From Pseudomonadota bacterium (GTDB lineage Bacteria; Bdellovibrionota; Bdellovibrionia; Bdellovibrionales; SG-bin7), in NCBI GenBank assembly GCA_034439715.1, contig JAWXAY010000072.1, positions 1 to 49,579 on the forward strand: a DNA stretch of 49,579 nt. The letters are read 5' to 3'. Position numbers and translations under genes: made by a program. Positions 47,273 through 49,579 of this stretch are shown here, piece by piece (position 1 is the first letter of the stretch; every line of letters starts with the position of its first letter). The notes under the pieces are model-generated. The model saw only the letters and a list, made by a program, of their open reading frames with translations, ran no database searches and had not been told where the DNA came from.

Positions 47273-48321
47273 GGCACCACTAAGACTCGAATGGGTTGAC
47301 GCACAAATAGCAGAGGATTAGAAAAAGTCCTTGTCGCCGTGGCGCCGCTGATAGTTAGTTCTTCGCAGGAATTAAAAATGGACGAACAAACGATCAGATG
47401 TCCATTGGACATAAGTTCCATCGTTGTCGGCATATTGATGTAGTTGGCATCGACATAAAGCAAAGTGGCATTGGCGAAATTACTGTCTAAAATTTGCAAG
47501 CGATGGCTGTTAGCAGTTTGATAGGCGACAACAAAACGACCATCACTTAACTCGACGATGTCGGAAGGATCACAGTTTGTATTGCAGGCTAAGCCGCCTG
47601 AATATTGGGTCCCACCAGTTCCGTCGTTGGCATAAACGCGAAGGCGGTCATCGGTCGCACCTGGCGCTAAGATTACAAATCTATCTCCTGAAATCCGCTT
47701 AATATTTGAAATGTTTGCGGCTGCCGGGGCAATAACAAAAGGAAAGTTTGTAGTTACCCTTACGCCGCTACTATCATACTTTTCAACACTTTGTGTAGAT
47801 TCAGCGGCAACAATGCTCCCATCGCTTAACGTGGCCATGGCTCTCATCGTGGCGCCAGTAAGATTGGCATCGTTGACGTGGGTAGAAGATGGAAATCCGG
47901 CTGTCGTTAAATCAATAGTTTCGATATGATCTGGATTCTCTACTGCTAAATAAAGTTTGCTTCCAGAAACGTTAAAGTCAGCGCCCCAGACAAATGTAAC
48001 AGAGGGGGACGAGCTTGAATAAAGTGTTGTTTTGAATTCACCACTCGAACTAAACAAAAAAACCTGATGAGAGGGATAGGGCGTCGCCGTGTTGGCGACG
48101 TTTCCACCCGAAACAACTATGAGGTCACCACTAGAAATTCCTAACGCCGAAGAGGGATTAAGTGCATTCTCTAAAAAAACCTCATCTCCGCAGGCCAACA
48201 TGCCTGCAACTGGAAGCAGGACTAACAAAACAAAAAATCTTGAAGATTTTAAAAATCTTAGCCAAATTGAAGTTTTAAGCACTGTGTTCATACCCACTAT
48301 TTCGGCAATTGAACTTAGCAC
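47269..48321 (-). CDS. Beta-propeller-like lipoprotein
   Basis: Lipobox MLAC; repeated blade motifs (LSDGSIVAA, ISGDRFVI, LSDGRFVVA, MSNGHLIV). The true start is probably downstream of 48321. Confidence 0.65.
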   Translation of the reverse strand: MLSSIAEIVGMNTVLKTSIWLRFLKSSRFFVLLVLLPVAGMLACGDEVFLENALNPSSALGISSGDLIVVSGGNVANTATPYPSHQVFLFSSSGEFKTTLYSSSSPSVTFVWGADFNVSGSKLYLAVENPDHIETIDLTTAGFPSSTHVNDANLTGATMRAMATLSDGSIVAAESTQSVEKYDSSGVRVTTNFPFVIAPAAANISNIKRISGDRFVILAPGATDDRLRVYANDGTGGTQYSGGLACNTNCDPSDIVELSDGRFVVAYQTANSHRLQILDSNFANATLLYVDANYINMPTTMELMSNGHLIVCSSIFNSCEELTISGATATRTFSNPLLFVRQPIRVLVVP

Positions 48322-48427
48322 CTTAACGATTTCTTAGTGCATTATCAGTGGGTGTGGCTCAGAAGTTAATTCCTAGACTATACTCCCGACCAATTAACGG
48401 TCCAGTAGCGTGCCTCGGCACACTTTA

Positions 48428-48799
48428 TTAGCGGCCTTTGCGGCTCCAAATATAAGAGAGTAGCCCTAATACAAAGATAAAATAAATAACCTTGCCTGCT
48501 TCGGGAACTGAGTCTTTGGCATAAACCAAAATAACACTTCCTAACATCATGAGACTGGCCAGTACTTTAAATTTGAACTTAATTACATGCCTTTTCTGCC
48601 AATCCAAAACCGGTGGACCAAAATACTTGTGATTAAGTAGCCAATTGTGAAATGAAGGGGAACCAATATTAAACAAAACAGCTGTGAGAATTAGAAAAGG
48701 CGTAGTTGGCAATAATGGTAAAAAAATGCCGATTATCCCAAGTAGCAGGGCCATGCAGCCAAGAGCAATACATAAGTATTTTATTATTCTGTGATTCAC
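48428..48799 (-). CDS. ybaN: YbaN/DUF454 family inner-membrane protein
   Basis: LGIIGIFLPLLPTTPFLIL...SPSFHNWLLNHKYFGP; likely GTG start at 48799 (ORF open from 48835). Confidence 0.9.
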   Translation of the reverse strand: MNHRIIKYLCIALGCMALLLGIIGIFLPLLPTTPFLILTAVLFNIGSPSFHNWLLNHKYFGPPVLDWQKRHVIKFKFKVLASLMMLGSVILVYAKDSVPEAGKVIYFIFVLGLLSYIWSRKGR

Positions 48800-48933
48800 G
48801 GTATTACCCCTAACAATTAAAACTGAGCGGGGCAATCGACCTTTTGTTTTTCTATTGGCCTAGAATCTGCAATAAAAAGCGTGCAAACGCCGGGGCCTGT
48901 CCTAGTCAGTTTTAAATATTCCAAAAACCCTCT

Positions 48934-49578
48934 TTATTTTGAGTTGAGGGCTTTCTCGATTTTCTCAAGGCGCGCTTTAATTTCGGCGTTTTCTTGTTCA
49001 AGCGCTTCAATTTTCTGATCTTTAGCCGCGTCATTGGATTTGATTGAAGCAATATCTCGTGCCTGTTCAGCAGAAATCTTCGCAAACAAGTTATATAGCT
49101 CATTGAGGCGACCATTTAGAGACTTGAAAGCTTCGATAAGGGGCGCAACCAAGTGGTCATAGGCGACAGATTTCAGTCCTGATTTGGAATCTGTAATAAC
49201 TGCTTGTGGATAAACTTTTTCAAGATCTTGAGCGATGAGGCCGATTTGCTGGCTCTGACCGTATTTTTCTTTATCTATCCAGTTATAGCTCACGCCTTGA
49301 AGCTTCAGTATGTTATCCAAAGAATCCTCAAGCGGCTGAATGTCTTCTTTGAGTCTGCGATCTGAAACCGCTGTACATCCTGCGCTCGCGCAAACTTGAG
49401 TGCCACCGAATCTTAAAACATTGGCCGCTGCGATGTTCACGTCTCCGTTCACATCGAGCTTGTAACCGGGGCCGGTGAGACCTATACCAACGTTGCCACC
49501 TAGCTGCATAGTCATTCGTCGATTGTACGTGGTTCCGTCGTAAGAAGTATATCCCAGTGAATCTGAACTATCTCTGAA
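48934..49578 (-). CDS. C-terminal fragment of a tail-fibre-like adhesin with Peptidase_S74 intramolecular chaperone (5' end beyond the window)
   Basis: GNVGIG...YKLDVNG fibre repeat, SDRRLKEDI autocleavage motif, IGLIAQDLEKVYP, VAYDHLVAPLIEA, coiled coil; frame open to the window edge. Confidence 0.9.
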   Translation of the reverse strand, partial: FRDSSDSLGYTSYDGTTYNRRMTMQLGGNVGIGLTGPGYKLDVNGDVNIAAANVLRFGGTQVCASAGCTAVSDRRLKEDIQPLEDSLDNILKLQGVSYNWIDKEKYGQSQQIGLIAQDLEKVYPQAVITDSKSGLKSVAYDHLVAPLIEAFKSLNGRLNELYNLFAKISAEQARDIASIKSNDAAKDQKIEALEQENAEIKARLEKIEKALNSK

Positions 49579-49579
49579 A

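Noticed and set aside
48856..48872. Sigma54-like TGGCCTAGAATCTGCA on the plus strand
   Set aside because: It points antisense into the fibre gene with no downstream plus-strand gene, and the -12 box is CTGC rather than TTGC
927..49115. Many short (60-113 aa) ORFs antisense to or nested in confident genes
   Set aside because: Shadow ORFs with no SD, no recognisable motifs, and full overlap with well-supported CDS
1..49579. CRISPR array, tRNA/rRNA, prophage, integron
   Set aside because: No spaced direct repeats, cloverleaf or rRNA signatures, integrase or phage structural genes were seen

Overview
Gene-dense, AT-rich bacterial chromosomal window with about 45 CDS. I found no rRNA, tRNA or CRISPR array. 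Gene content points to Bdellovibrionota, by inference: hybrid malic enzyme MaeB, CheY-CheX pairs, atypical HD-GYP proteins, a CglB-like vWA lipoprotein, an S74-chaperone fibre gene, and many secreted and beta-barrel hypotheticals. Housekeeping genes are a polar amino-acid ABC transporter, mutS, glnD, hflX, maeB, fadI/fadJ-type beta-oxidation genes, a phoR/phoB-like two-component pair, gltA, mscS, uup, srkA, rppH and yciH. The main points of interest are six. (1) A hybrid REC-Hpt cheA is split by a -1 frame change, and its dimerisation helix lies upstream of any canonical start codon. (2) A dispersed, receptor-less signalling set (two cheY-cheX pairs, a REC protein, two HD-GYP paralogues and a REC-like protein) is linked by sigma28-type promoters and a shared ~65-aa domain that I cannot name. 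(3) A solo RAYT-like HUH tyrosine transposase sits behind a sigma54-type promoter. (4) A polyprenyl synthase-fold protein has lost its DDxxD motifs. (5) hflX and an HNH gene appear to need non-canonical starts (CTG, ATC), and several genes look leaderless. (6) A stress-type operon carries a sigma54-type promoter. All calls come from reading motifs by eye; no database searches were run.
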